A DNA stretch of 64,000 nt from Capsulimonadaceae bacterium (GTDB lineage Bacteria; Armatimonadota; Armatimonadia; Armatimonadales; Capsulimonadaceae): contig OZ244065.1 of assembly GCA_965215505.1 (NCBI GenBank), positions 1-64,000 on the forward strand, given 5' to 3'. Below are positions 28,388-38,468 of this stretch, in pieces; position 1 is the first letter of the stretch, and each line of letters begins with the position of its first letter. Position numbers and translations under genes: made by a program. Under the pieces are notes generated by a model. It was not told where the DNA came from, searched no databases, and saw only the letters and a program-made list of their open reading frames with translations.

Positions 28388-29767
28388 TTGTTCACGAGGG
28401 AGGAACATGTGAGGGAAAAGCCCGAGCAGAACAATGAGGACGCGGGCGCGGAGAAGAAAGACTCTAAACAGGGCAGCGTCCGCACACTCGCGCCGCTGAA
28501 CTTCGTGCTTGCGGACGTCCAGAACGGCATGGGTCCGTATGTCACCTTGTTTCTCCAATCCAGCATGGGCTGGAATCCGGCCCAGATCGGCGCGGTCGTC
28601 GCGTCGGGCAACATCGCCCAGGTGATCGCGCAGACCCCCGCCGGGGCTTTGATTGACCAGCTCAAACAGAGGCGCGAGCTGATCGCGCTCGGCTCCCTGC
28701 TGATCTCCCTCGGCTGCCTCGGGATCGTGCTGAAGACCGTCTTCCCGCTGGTGCTGGTCTCACAGTCGCTCATCGGCATCGCTGGGGCGCTGTTCCCGCC
28801 TGGCATCGCCGCCATCACTTTGGGCCTGGTGGGGCGCAAAAAGATGGACCGGCAGACCGGCCAGAATCAGGCCTTCAACGCCGCCGGGAACATGACGGCG
28901 GCGGCCCTCATCGGGGCGATCGGCTACTTTCTAGGCTTGCACTGGATGTTCTACCTGATCGTCCTCCTGAGCGGGGCGGCGGTCTTCTTCGTGCTGAAGA
29001 TCAAGGCGGACGACATTGATTACGCCCTGGCGCGCGGCGCGGATGACGGCCGGCAGGAGGGCGAGCAGGGGAGGTCAGGCGCGGGGGGCGCGGCGGAGGG
29101 CGCGGGCTGGAGAGGCGTCAAGGAAGCGATGCGGGGCCAGTTCTCCGGGCTGCGGGAACTGATCAAGGACAGAAAGATACTCGTCTTCCTCGTCGCCGCC
29201 GTGCTGTTCCACTTCGCCAATGCGGCCATGGTTCCGCTCGTGACAGAGATGCTGGCCAAGGGCCGGAGCGGGCGGACGGCGGTCCTGTACACTGCGGGCT
29301 ACATGATGGCCTCGCAGTTCGTGTTCGTCATCGTCGCCGCCGGGGCGGGCCGCCTGGCCGGGTCATTAGGGCGCAAGCCGCTGTTCCTCTTCGGCTTCGC
29401 CGCGCTGGCCGTGCGCGGCATCCTGTATACTCTGAGCCACAACTCGTTCTACCTCATCGGAGTCCAGTGCATGGACGGGCTGGGCGCGGGCATCTTCGGC
29501 GTGGTCAGCGTGCTGATCATCGCGGACCTGACAAAGGGGACGGGGCGCTTTAATCTGGCGCAGGGGGCCATCGCCTCGGCAGTGGGGGTCGGCGCCTTCC
29601 TCAGCAACTCCGTCGGCGGGCTGATCGCCAAACACGCCGGGCAGAACGTCGCCTTCCTGACCCTGGCGGGGATCGCGGCGGCGGGTTTGGTCTACTTTTG
29701 GGTGCTGATGCCGGAGACGAGGGAGGGGGGCGAGGGAGAAGACGGCGAGAAGGGCAAGGCCCAGTGA
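28388..29767 (+). CDS. MFS transporter
   Basis: About 12 TM segments; LNFVLADVQNG, LFHFANAAM and TGRFNLAQG motifs. Confidence 0.9.
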   Translation: MFTREEHVREKPEQNNEDAGAEKKDSKQGSVRTLAPLNFVLADVQNGMGPYVTLFLQSSMGWNPAQIGAVVASGNIAQVIAQTPAGALIDQLKQRRELIALGSLLISLGCLGIVLKTVFPLVLVSQSLIGIAGALFPPGIAAITLGLVGRKKMDRQTGQNQAFNAAGNMTAAALIGAIGYFLGLHWMFYLIVLLSGAAVFFVLKIKADDIDYALARGADDGRQEGEQGRSGAGGAAEGAGWRGVKEAMRGQFSGLRELIKDRKILVFLVAAVLFHFANAAMVPLVTEMLAKGRSGRTAVLYTAGYMMASQFVFVIVAAGAGRLAGSLGRKPLFLFGFAALAVRGILYTLSHNSFYLIGVQCMDGLGAGIFGVVSVLIIADLTKGTGRFNLAQGAIASAVGVGAFLSNSVGGLIAKHAGQNVAFLTLAGIAAAGLVYFWVLMPETREGGEGEDGEKGKAQ

Positions 29768-31044
29768 CTCCGCACCTTCGCCTCATCCTAACCTTAGCCG
29801 TGGCTGCGCTGACGCTGCTCCTGGTCCTGACCCGCCCGCGCGGCTGGCACGAGGCGTGGTGGACGGCGGGCGGCGGCGCGCTGATGCTCCTCCTGCGGCT
29901 GGAAACGCCCGCCCAGGCCTGGCGCGTCACGCGGTCCGGGCAGGACGCCCTGCTGTTCCTGCTCGCCCTGCTGCTGCTCTCGGCCCTGCTGGAGCGGAGC
30001 GGGTTCTTCGACTGGTCCTCCATCCAGGCCGCCCGGCTGGCACACGGCGACGGCAACCGCTTGTACCGGAACGTGTTCCTGCTCGGCGCGCTCGTCACGG
30101 CCTGCCTGTCGCTGGATACGACGGCGGTCATCCTCACGCCGGTCGTGCTGGGCTTCGTCGGGCGGCTCAGACTCCCCGCCCGGCCCTACATCTTCGCCTG
30201 CGCCTTTGTCGCCAATGTCGCCTCGCTGCCGCTCCCGGTCAGCAACCTGACCAACCTGCTGTTCGCCGGCGCGTTTTCCCTGCCGTTCGGCGGCTTCGCC
30301 CTGCGGATGCTCCTGCCGCAGTGCGCCGCCCTGTTGATGAACTACACGCTGTTCCGAAGGGTCTTCCGCGCTGACCTCCGCGCCGAGTTCTCGGACGACG
30401 ACCTGCCGGACGCCCGGAGCGTGGTGCCGGACCGGGGCTACTTCCGTGCCGCCGTCCTGGTCCTCGGGCTGGTCCTCGTCGGCTACTTCGCCGCCCCCTT
30501 CGCCCATGTCCCACCTTACGCCGTCGCCTTCACCGGCTGCCTGGCGCTCGCGGTCTGGGGCGTCTGCGCGGGGCGGGTGGGGTGGGGGCTGCTGCGCGAG
30601 GTGAGCTGGCCAGTCTTCCCGTTCGTGGTGGGGCTGTTCGTGGTCATCGGGGGCGTGGAGAATCTGGGGCTGACGGGACTGGTGGCCGCGCGGCTGGCGT
30701 CTCTGAACGCGCACCCGCTGGCCGGCATGGCGGCGGTGGCCGGCGGGGCGGGACTGGCCTCGAACGCCCTCAACAACCTCCCGGCTGCGCTGCTGGCGCG
30801 GAGCGTGCTTCAGCAGTCCCATGCCCACCCGCCGCTGGTCTATGCCGCCCTCCTGGGGACAAACATCGGTCCGAACCTGACGCTCTCCGGCTCACTGGCG
30901 ACGCTGCTGGTGCTGACATCGGCGCGGAAGAAGGGGGAGGACATCCGCGCCCTGGACTTCCTCAAGGTCGGCCTGCTCGTGACCCCGCTGACGCTCCTGG
31001 CCGCCCTCCTTGCCCTCTGGCTGACCTTCCGGGTTTATCCCTAA
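29764..31044 (+). CDS. ArsB/NhaD-family (IT superfamily) transporter
   Basis: LILT-type hydrophobic start; SLPLPVSNLTN, NNLPA and GTNIGPNLT..GSLATL motifs; GTG start overlaps the MFS stop. Confidence 0.85.
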   Translation: MTPHLRLILTLAVAALTLLLVLTRPRGWHEAWWTAGGGALMLLLRLETPAQAWRVTRSGQDALLFLLALLLLSALLERSGFFDWSSIQAARLAHGDGNRLYRNVFLLGALVTACLSLDTTAVILTPVVLGFVGRLRLPARPYIFACAFVANVASLPLPVSNLTNLLFAGAFSLPFGGFALRMLLPQCAALLMNYTLFRRVFRADLRAEFSDDDLPDARSVVPDRGYFRAAVLVLGLVLVGYFAAPFAHVPPYAVAFTGCLALAVWGVCAGRVGWGLLREVSWPVFPFVVGLFVVIGGVENLGLTGLVAARLASLNAHPLAGMAAVAGGAGLASNALNNLPAALLARSVLQQSHAHPPLVYAALLGTNIGPNLTLSGSLATLLVLTSARKKGEDIRALDFLKVGLLVTPLTLLAALLALWLTFRVYP

Positions 31045-32669
31045 GACTTGCCGCCCAGCTTGGTCTTGAGGTAGTCGAGGGGCGAGAGGACTTGCAGGGT
31101 AATGGGGACCGACAGCGTTTGCAGGGAGGGGGAGCGGACGATCACCCCGGTCTGATAGGTCCCCGGCGGCATCCCCGCCGTCGGGACGGACACGGCGACC
31201 GAAACCGCCTGCTTGGGAGCCAGCGCGCCCTCCATCGGGGCGGCTTGCATGCCCTCCACGGGCTTGCCGACGCCGCCGGTGACGCCCTCGGCGGTTGGCA
31301 CGACCAGGAATCCGACGGGCGTCTCGCCGACGTTCCTGAGCGTGAACTGCCCCGTCGCGGTCTGCCCGCGCCGTCCGGACACCGGCAGCGGCGTGGCGGG
31401 AGCGCCCTCCCATCCGCCAGCCTGGAGCAGGCCGGGCGCAGGCGTGACCAAGACGCTGCACTCCACGGCCCACCGGTCCCCGGTGACCACGGCCCCGTTC
31501 GGGCCGACCTGATCGTCGCTGCTTATTTCCAGCTTGGCGGTCAGGAGGGTGCCGCGCTCCAGCGCCTTGGAGGCGTCGATGCAGACCGGGATCTCGTGGT
31601 GGTTGCCGGCGAAGCGCAGGGCGGGGACGACGATCCAGGGGGCGCGCGGGATGATGTTGCCCCGGATCTCGCCGCCGCCCGCGTTGTAGAGCGTCACCGA
31701 GAGGCCAGGCTGCGCCTTCCCCGCCATGACCTCCCCGAACCGCAGGTTCTTTTTCGTCACCAGCAGGACCGGCGGGGCGACCAGCCGCATCTCTTCCAGG
31801 AAGTCGCCCGCCGTCGCGTACCGGTAGTCGGTGTTATAGGAGATCGCCTTGTTGATCAGCTTCACCAGGCCGAGGTCGGCGTTGGGCTGCTGGATCAGCG
31901 AATTGGTCACATACATGGAGCGCGCGTTGATCTGCGCCTGGTCCGGCGCGACCCCGGCGATCATCTCATAGAGGATGCACCCCAGTGCGAAGATGTCCGT
32001 GCGGACGTCGGCGATCCACCGCCCGTCCGCATCCAGTTCCGGGGGCAGGTAGCCTTCCGTCCCGTACAACTCCGTGGGGGCGTCGCGCTCGTGGCCCGCC
32101 CCGAAATACTGCGCCGCGCCGAAGTCCAGCAGGCACAAATGCCCCTGGGGGGTGATGCGGATGTTGGCGGGCTTGAGGTCGTGGTGGACGATCTGGCGTG
32201 CGTGCAGGAAGGCCAGGGCGTCGCACAGGCTGACCGACCATTTCAGCACCCACTCGCGGGTGAGGGGGTGCCGCCGGGCGATGATGTCGTCGAGCGTCTT
32301 GCCGACGATGAACTCCTGGGCGATGTAGAAGTGGGCGTCGCTCTGGAACGCCTCGTAGAAGGTCGGCATGAGCGGGTGGGGGCTGGCCTGCATCCCGACC
32401 AGGCGCTCCCGGTCGAAGAGCGCCTTCAAGGGGGCTTGGTCGCGCGGGTGGCGGGCGGGGAAGAACTCCTTGAGGGCGATCTGCCGGCCGGGCGTCTCAG
32501 GGTCATGAGCCAGGTAGACCGCCCCATAGGCGCCCAGGCCTACCATGCGCTCGATGACGTACCGCGTGTGGTGCCCCGGCACTTCCTCGCCGGGGGCCAG
32601 CAGCATCACGTCTTCATATCGCTTCCGCTTCGCCAAATTTCCCATTCCCTCGCCGACAGGACTTGACAA
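31041..32669 (-). CDS. Ser/Thr protein kinase with C-terminal Ig/BACON-like domains
   Basis: GLGAYGAVY, ALKE, HHDLKPAN, DFG and DIFALG motifs. Confidence 0.92.
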   Translation of the reverse strand: MSSPVGEGMGNLAKRKRYEDVMLLAPGEEVPGHHTRYVIERMVGLGAYGAVYLAHDPETPGRQIALKEFFPARHPRDQAPLKALFDRERLVGMQASPHPLMPTFYEAFQSDAHFYIAQEFIVGKTLDDIIARRHPLTREWVLKWSVSLCDALAFLHARQIVHHDLKPANIRITPQGHLCLLDFGAAQYFGAGHERDAPTELYGTEGYLPPELDADGRWIADVRTDIFALGCILYEMIAGVAPDQAQINARSMYVTNSLIQQPNADLGLVKLINKAISYNTDYRYATAGDFLEEMRLVAPPVLLVTKKNLRFGEVMAGKAQPGLSVTLYNAGGGEIRGNIIPRAPWIVVPALRFAGNHHEIPVCIDASKALERGTLLTAKLEISSDDQVGPNGAVVTGDRWAVECSVLVTPAPGLLQAGGWEGAPATPLPVSGRRGQTATGQFTLRNVGETPVGFLVVPTAEGVTGGVGKPVEGMQAAPMEGALAPKQAVSVAVSVPTAGMPPGTYQTGVIVRSPSLQTLSVPITLQVLSPLDYLKTKLGGKS

Positions 32670-32691
32670 TCCCTTCCGGTTTGGGTATTAT
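32663..32691 (+). promoter_or_regulatory. sigma70 promoter of the tRNA
   Basis: TTGACA-N17-TATTAT followed by a GC-rich discriminator. Confidence 0.75.
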
Positions 32692-32740
32692 ACCCCCCGT
32701 GACGTAAAAGGGTTCCGCCCGCTGCGTTCCGCTAGTTTCA

Positions 32741-32812
32741 GGCCCCATCGTTTAACGGTTAGGACAGCGCCCTCTCACGGCGTAAATCGCAGTTCGATTC
32801 TGCGTGGGGTCA
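32741..32812 (+). tRNA. tRNA-Glu(CTC)
   Basis: Acceptor stem GGCCCCA/TGGGGTC; anticodon arm GCGCC-CTCTCAC-GGCGT; T-loop GTTCGATTC; CCA end not encoded. Confidence 0.95.
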
Positions 32813-32828
32813 GTCATATGTCTACTAT

Positions 32829-32869
32829 AATCTCCCGCAGGCTCCCGTGCCGTGGGAGATTTCTCTTTT
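32829..32869 (+). terminator. intrinsic terminator after the tRNA
   Basis: AATCTCCC...GGGAGATT hairpin followed by a T-rich tract. Confidence 0.6.
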
Positions 32870-32902
32870 GATGCTCCGTCTCACGCACCTGGAACTGCCC
32901 CC

Positions 32903-33403
32903 ATGGACCGACTGTACGCGCCCTGGCGCATGGCCTACGTTGAACAGCCCTCCGCGCCCGCCCCGGACGCCACCGGCTGCGTCTTCTGCGACAAGGCGGC
33001 CTCGACGGACGATGTCGCCAGCCTCATCGTTCATCGGGGCAAGGCCTGCTTCGTCCTCCTCAACCTGTTCCCCTACAACAACGGACATTTGATGGTGGTC
33101 CCGTACCTGCACACGGCGACTCTAGACGACCTGGACGCGGAGGCGACGCTGGAGATGCTGACGCTGGCCAAGGCGGCGCAGGCGGCTCTCGCGAAGGCGA
33201 TGCACCCGGAGGGCTACAATCTGGGTATGAACCTGGGAACGGCGGCGGGGGCGGGCATCGCGGATCACCTGCACCTGCACGTCGTCCCGCGCTGGAACGG
33301 GGACACGAATTTCATGCCGGTCCTGGCCGACGTCAAGGTGCTGCCGGACGCACTGGAAAATAGCTGCCGCAAACTGCGCGAGGCGTGGGCCTCTCTGGGA
33401 TAG
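32903..33403 (+). CDS. HIT family protein (Ap4A phosphorylase-like)
   Basis: LYAPWRMAY, CVFC, NLFPYNNGH and HLHLH motifs. Confidence 0.92.
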   Translation: MDRLYAPWRMAYVEQPSAPAPDATGCVFCDKAASTDDVASLIVHRGKACFVLLNLFPYNNGHLMVVPYLHTATLDDLDAEATLEMLTLAKAAQAALAKAMHPEGYNLGMNLGTAAGAGIADHLHLHVVPRWNGDTNFMPVLADVKVLPDALENSCRKLREAWASLG

Positions 33404-33418
33404 GAAGGGTGGACGGGG

Positions 33419-34066
33419 ATGGCGGAGGCGGACTTGACGCAAAAGGGGCGTCTCATTCTGGAAATGGCGGAGCAGGCGAGCGTCTGCCCGGCCTGCGACC
33501 TGTCACAGACGCGCAACAAAGTGGTCTTCGGCGACGGCAACGCGGACAGCCCCCTGATGCTGATCGGCGAGGGGCCGGGTCAGAACGAGGACGCGACCGG
33601 CCTGCCGTTCGTCGGGCGCGCGGGGACACTGCTCGACGAGTGCCTGCGGGACGCCGGGATGCTGCGGAAGCACATCTACCTGACCAATGTCGTCAAGTGC
33701 CGCCCGACTCTGGAGGAGATGGGCCGGATAAAGAACCGCCCGCCGCGCGCCGATGAGAGCGGGACCTGTATCCCCCTCTGGCTGGAGAAGCAGATCGCCG
33801 TCGTCCAGCCCCTCGTCATCCTCTGCCTCGGCGCACCCGCCGCCAGCGCCGTCATCCACAAGAACTTCAAGATGACCCAGGAGCGCGGTCAGTGGTTCGA
33901 GAGCAAATACGTCCGCTACGCCATGGCCGCCCTGCACCCCGCCTACATCCTGCGCCAGGAAGGCGAGGCTTACGATCAGGCGAAACAGTTCCTCGTCCAG
34001 GACCTGATCGCCGCCCGTGATAAGGCCAAGACGGCCAAGGCCGAGCCAAAGATGACTCTGTTCTGA
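33419..34066 (+). CDS. uracil-DNA glycosylase family 4
   Basis: CxxC, GEGPG, PFVGRAG, NVVKCRP and HPAY motifs. Confidence 0.93.
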   Translation: MAEADLTQKGRLILEMAEQASVCPACDLSQTRNKVVFGDGNADSPLMLIGEGPGQNEDATGLPFVGRAGTLLDECLRDAGMLRKHIYLTNVVKCRPTLEEMGRIKNRPPRADESGTCIPLWLEKQIAVVQPLVILCLGAPAASAVIHKNFKMTQERGQWFESKYVRYAMAALHPAYILRQEGEAYDQAKQFLVQDLIAARDKAKTAKAEPKMTLF

Positions 34067-34092
34067 GGCCCCCCCGCCCCAGCCGGACGTCG

Positions 34093-34335
34093 CTACTTCG
34101 TCTGCTTGGCGTATTTGGCGGGGTGCTTGTCGAACAGGCGCTTGCAGTTGGACGTACAGAAGTAGTACGTTTTGCCCTGATAGGTGCTTTTCCCGACGGC
34201 GGCCTTCTGCGATGGCACGGGGAGCCTCGTCACGGGGCAGACGATGCCGGAGGCCGTGCAGACGGCAGGAGACGCCAGGGTGAGTGCCATCAGGAACCCG
34301 CCATACGCCGCTCGAATCTTAAAACTTCTGTTCAT
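34093..34335 (-). CDS. YHS domain protein
   Basis: Signal peptide; CPV and YQGKTYYFC...CK..F...PAKY motifs. Confidence 0.85.
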   Translation of the reverse strand: MNRSFKIRAAYGGFLMALTLASPAVCTASGIVCPVTRLPVPSQKAAVGKSTYQGKTYYFCTSNCKRLFDKHPAKYAKQTK

Positions 34336-34375
34336 TGGTTGACCTTCCTGCTCCGTCGATCCGCACTCCGCCGGC

Positions 34376-36382
34376 CTATGCCGCCATTCGGAGAGCGGCG
34401 GGATCGGTCGCAGCCTCCAAGGGGAACTGCCGCACCAGTTCATTCAAATAGACTGTCATCGTATTCAGGCGCAGGGCGGCCTCGTTGATCTCCTGAATGC
34501 TGCCCGTCTGCGACTCGACCGTGACGGAAACATTCCGCGCCTGCGCGGTCACCGCTTCCGATGCACTGTCCAGGACCTTCAGCACCTGCTCGTTGTCCCC
34601 TGTCGCCGCGTGCATCGTGTCCATCGTCGCCTGGACGGTCTGCATGGCGGCAGCCATAGTCACCGCCGTGATCCGGGCGGCCTTGACCTCGGAGGCGACG
34701 GATTGGGCGGCAGACTGGATCGAGGAGAGCGCCGCGCTGGCTTCTTGACTGCGCGCGGCACCTGCGGCGACCTCCTTGGTCATGGCTCCGATGGCCTGAA
34801 TGGATGCATCGACTTCGGCACGGATGCCGTCAACCAGGTCTGAAATCTCTCGGGTGGCGGTCGTCGAGCGTTCCGCCAGCTTGCGGACCTCGCTGGCGAC
34901 CACGGCGAACCCGCGGCCCCGCTCGCCGGCGTGCGCCGCCTCGATGGCGGCGTTCAGGGCGAGGAGGCTGGTCTGGCCGGCGATGTCGTCAATGGTTTCC
35001 ACGATCGAGCCGATCTGGCCGCTTTTGCGTCCCAGCTCGACCACCGTGAGTGAGGAGTGGTCCACCTGCTTCCGGATGCGCGCCATGCTCGCGAGGGTTT
35101 GGGTGACCGCTTCCCCGCCGGCCACGGCGATGTCGGCGGCGCGCTCGGCCGAAGCGGCCGTCTGCTGGGCCGAGTGAGCCACCAAACGGGCGGCCTCCCC
35201 CGCCTCGCGTATTCCCTCCCCCGCCTGCTCGACCGCCCGACGCTGGGACACCGAGACGGCAAGCATCGTCGCCGTGGCGCGGACGGACTCGGCGATGGAG
35301 GACGTCACCTCGTCCATGGCATGGGCGACCTGACCGGCCACGCCGCTCGCGTGTGAGGCGGAGGAGGAGAGCTGCCCGCTCGTCTGGGCGACGGTGTCCG
35401 CGCCGGCGCTCACTTGTGTCATGAGGTGGCGCAGTTTCCCGATCACGGCATCCAGCGATGACCTCGCTTCCTCAAGCGCGCGCGTCCGCTCCTCTACGCG
35501 GCTCTCCAGGGTCTCGTTCGCCTGCCGGATGACACCGGCGCTCTTGTTGAGCTGGATCAGGAACCCGGCGACACAGGCCAGCAGCAGGGCGCAGAACAGG
35601 CCCAGAGCCAGGTCGTAAGCGTTGCTGCGTTCCTGGCGGGCATGATAGAGCGCCTGGTCCGCCTGGAACAGCCCGTCGTTCTGCCGGCCGGCCGGCAGGG
35701 TCACGATCTGGTCGAGGAGGCCATCCACGGCGGCGCGCTGGGTCAGGATCAGGCGCGCGTGGGCGAGCAGCAGGTCAAGGTCAGGCTGGGAGTCCTTCGG
35801 GAACCGGGGGCGCGCTTTGTCCAGCCCATCGGCCAGGCTCAGAATTTCGGCCTCGCCGCCCTTCGCGTTCCCGGAATCGTAGATCAAGACCTTGCGGAGA
35901 AGCTTGTCCGCCTGCGCCGCGCCGCCCGTCCCCCGCACGCCGTCGGCGTTCCGGATGCCGTCTTCCAGCACCGGCAGATAAGCCACCGAGTTCTTGAGGA
36001 TGGCGTTCTTGGATTTGAAGTCCTCGATCAACTGCTGCTGCCGCGAAATGGTGTCCAAGTACTCCCGTAACGGCGCGTCGAGCCTGCCCGACGGATACAG
36101 GACGTGGGCGTCTCCGGGAAGGCGAACCGCCGCCGCGCTCAGGTCTTCGGAGGTGGAGACGACCGGGTCATAGTTGGTCAGCAGGGAGAAACGCAGTTCA
36201 AGCGCCTCCTGAGTCAGAAGTCCATCCTGCTCTTTCATCCGGCGGAGATCATCCACGAGCCGCGTGTGTTCAGCCATCTGGCCCGTCCGGGAATTGGCGA
36301 ACAGGAAGCCAAGCAGCGCAAGCGCCATGATGCTCAGGGACCACCACTTCAGGTGCGCCTTTGTCTTGCCTCTTTCGCTCAT
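34376..36382 (-). CDS. methyl-accepting chemotaxis protein with DAHL-like sensor domain
   Basis: Two TM segments; [19 protein letters not shown] and LLAHARLIL (DAHL-like); [35 protein letters not shown] signalling core. Confidence 0.9.
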   Translation of the reverse strand: MSERGKTKAHLKWWSLSIMALALLGFLFANSRTGQMAEHTRLVDDLRRMKEQDGLLTQEALELRFSLLTNYDPVVSTSEDLSAAAVRLPGDAHVLYPSGRLDAPLREYLDTISRQQQLIEDFKSKNAILKNSVAYLPVLEDGIRNADGVRGTGGAAQADKLLRKVLIYDSGNAKGGEAEILSLADGLDKARPRFPKDSQPDLDLLLAHARLILTQRAAVDGLLDQIVTLPAGRQNDGLFQADQALYHARQERSNAYDLALGLFCALLLACVAGFLIQLNKSAGVIRQANETLESRVEERTRALEEARSSLDAVIGKLRHLMTQVSAGADTVAQTSGQLSSSASHASGVAGQVAHAMDEVTSSIAESVRATATMLAVSVSQRRAVEQAGEGIREAGEAARLVAHSAQQTAASAERAADIAVAGGEAVTQTLASMARIRKQVDHSSLTVVELGRKSGQIGSIVETIDDIAGQTSLLALNAAIEAAHAGERGRGFAVVASEVRKLAERSTTATREISDLVDGIRAEVDASIQAIGAMTKEVAAGAARSQEASAALSSIQSAAQSVASEVKAARITAVTMAAAMQTVQATMDTMHAATGDNEQVLKVLDSASEAVTAQARNVSVTVESQTGSIQEINEAALRLNTMTVYLNELVRQFPLEAATDPAALRMAA

Positions 36383-37425
36383 TTCGGGTTCTCCGGTTGT
36401 TTCGGACTGTCTGGCTGCTTCCCGGTGGTGCTATTAAGGAATCCGACGATCTGGACAAGCTCCTTGGGCTCCAGGGGATGGCCCAATTGGTACATCGCCA
36501 TGACCTCGACGGCTTGGGGAAGGGTGGTCGCCGAGCCGTCGTGGAAGTAGGGCGCGGTGAGGGCGACGTTACGCAGGCTCGGAACCCGGAAGACGTGTTT
36601 GTCGCTCTCGCGGCCGGTGACGGCGTACCGCCCGAGGTCGGCATCGGTCTCGTGGCCTCGGGCGGCGAAGTAGTCGCCCATGACGCCGAACTTCTGGAAC
36701 ATGTTGCCGCCGATGTTGGCTCCCTGATGGCAGGAGACGCAGCCGTCCTGCTTGAAGAGGAGATACCCTTGCTTTTCGTCGGCGCTCAAAGCTGCCCGGT
36801 CTCCGCGCAGGTAGCGGTCGAAGCGGCTGTCCGGGGTGAGCAGCGAACGCTCATAGGTCGCGATCGCGTCGCGGACGTTCCGGGGATGAAGCCCGTCCGG
36901 GTACAGCGCCGCAAAGGCCGCCCGGTATTTGGAGTCCCGGCGCAGTTTGCCCATGATCTCGTCCCAATCGGACCCCATCTCTTTGGGATTGTGTGTCGGG
37001 CCGTTGACCTGGTCTTCCAGGGTGTTCGCCCGCCCGTTCCAGAACTGCCTGTAGTTGAGGCCGCTGTTGAGGACCGTCGGCGCGTTGACCCCGCCGAGCG
37101 CGCCCCCGATGCCGACGGAGTGGGTCAGCTGGTCGGTCCCGCCCTTGCCCAGAGCGTGACAGCCGGCACAGGAGAGGGTGTCGTCATGGGAAAGGCGCTT
37201 GTCCTGAAAGAGTTGAGCGCCGAGTGCGACCTTAGCGGCATCCAGCTCAACTCTTTCGGGTATCGGCTGGATAGGTTCTTCCAGAATGTGGGCGCTCGGC
37301 TGGAGGTCGGCGGACAGCGGCGTCCACGCCTGGGCCGGTTTGGGCTTGGGCAGCAGGAAGAAAGTCGCCGCCAGGAGTATCAGAAAAGCCGAGGTCGTCA
37401 GCAGGAGAAAGATCGGTCTTTTCAT
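36379..37425 (-). CDS. di-heme cytochrome c peroxidase (CCP/MauG family)
   Basis: CAGCH and CVSCH heme motifs; [26 protein letters not shown]. Confidence 0.92.
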   Translation of the reverse strand: MKRPIFLLLTTSAFLILLAATFFLLPKPKPAQAWTPLSADLQPSAHILEEPIQPIPERVELDAAKVALGAQLFQDKRLSHDDTLSCAGCHALGKGGTDQLTHSVGIGGALGGVNAPTVLNSGLNYRQFWNGRANTLEDQVNGPTHNPKEMGSDWDEIMGKLRRDSKYRAAFAALYPDGLHPRNVRDAIATYERSLLTPDSRFDRYLRGDRAALSADEKQGYLLFKQDGCVSCHQGANIGGNMFQKFGVMGDYFAARGHETDADLGRYAVTGRESDKHVFRVPSLRNVALTAPYFHDGSATTLPQAVEVMAMYQLGHPLEPKELVQIVGFLNSTTGKQPDSPKQPENPK

Positions 37426-37637
37426 CGCGCCCTCATAGATGTTGCCCTGGCTGATGTAGTGCCCTGGCTGATAGTTCTAAAAGGGATTATGGGCGTTTCA
37501 ATGATAAACTGTAGTACGTCCGTATTGGCGGCGGCCGGCCTGGACATCCCGCCGTCGGTGATGGAGGGAAACGCCGCGCCAATGCCGAACTCAGAACCAA
37601 TCGTACCCTCAGAAGCTGAACTGGAGATGACACCGTA

Positions 37638-38468
37638 TTGAGCGACGCATACCGACTCGCCGCCATTGACCTGGACGGCACGCTGCTCGGCAGCGACCAT
37701 GCCCTCAGTCCGGGCAACGCCGCCGCCGTCCGGCGGGCGGCGTCTGCCGGCGCGAAGATCGTCCTCGCCTCGGGCCGTCAGTGGCGCACGATTGACGCAT
37801 TCGCCGGGCAGCTCGATCTGCCGCCCGAGGCACCCATCATCGCCTATAACGGCGCGATGATCCGCACGCACGGCGGCGAAACGTGGTTCCACCAGCCCCT
37901 TCCCGCCGAGGCTTCCGAGGCCATCGTCCGCTACTGCGTCGCGAACGGCTACCACCTCAACCTCTACCACGACGACACGCTTTATGTCCAGAATGACACC
38001 GTCTGGGGGCGACTCTACCGTGAGCGGACCGGCACGGTTCCGCACATCACCGATCTGGCGCGGTTCGACGGCGAGCGGCCCACCAAGCTGCTGCTGATCG
38101 ACACATTGGAAACCACGAATCGCCTGCTGGTCCACTTCCAGGCCGAGTTCGGCCGGTCGCTCTACATCACCAAGACCGAGGACGAGTTTTTGGAGTTCAT
38201 GGACCCGGACATCAACAAGGGCGCGGCGCTGAAGGAGACTGCCGAGCGGTTGGGCGTGACGGCGGCGCAGTGCGTGGCCTTCGGCGACTCCTACAATGAC
38301 CTCGCGATGGTCGAGTGGGCGGGCATGGGCGTCGCGATGGGGAACGCGCGGGCCGAGCTAAAGGCGGTCGCCGAGCGCGTCGCCCCGACCGCCGACGAGG
38401 ACGGCGTCGGCGCGGTGCTGGACCAGCTCTTCCCGGTCCAGGACCAGCTCTTCCCGGTCCATCCATAG
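37638..38468 (+). CDS. Cof-type HAD-IIB hydrolase
   Basis: DLDGTLL, ASGR, YNGA and FGDSYND motifs. Confidence 0.92.
   Translation: MSDAYRLAAIDLDGTLLGSDHALSPGNAAAVRRAASAGAKIVLASGRQWRTIDAFAGQLDLPPEAPIIAYNGAMIRTHGGETWFHQPLPAEASEAIVRYCVANGYHLNLYHDDTLYVQNDTVWGRLYRERTGTVPHITDLARFDGERPTKLLLIDTLETTNRLLVHFQAEFGRSLYITKTEDEFLEFMDPDINKGAALKETAERLGVTAAQCVAFGDSYNDLAMVEWAGMGVAMGNARAELKAVAERVAPTADEDGVGAVLDQLFPVQDQLFPVHP

Noticed and set aside
30582-32666. Long alternative ORFs (also 50047-52047, 54453-56291, 58994-60511, 61554-63734)
   Set aside because: High-GC shadow frames overlapping genes with clear family motifs.
32741-32870. tRNA as an integration site for a genomic island
   Set aside because: No integrase, and I saw no duplicated tRNA 3' end; housekeeping-type genes follow.
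34376-36382. MCP as a sensory-rhodopsin transducer (Htr)
   Set aside because: It is coupled to the peroxidase gene, has a large periplasmic sensor domain, and is separated from the opsins by other genes.
37443-37472. 13-bp direct repeat TGCCCTGGCTGAT upstream of the peroxidase gene
   Set aside because: Only two short copies and nothing else supports a function.
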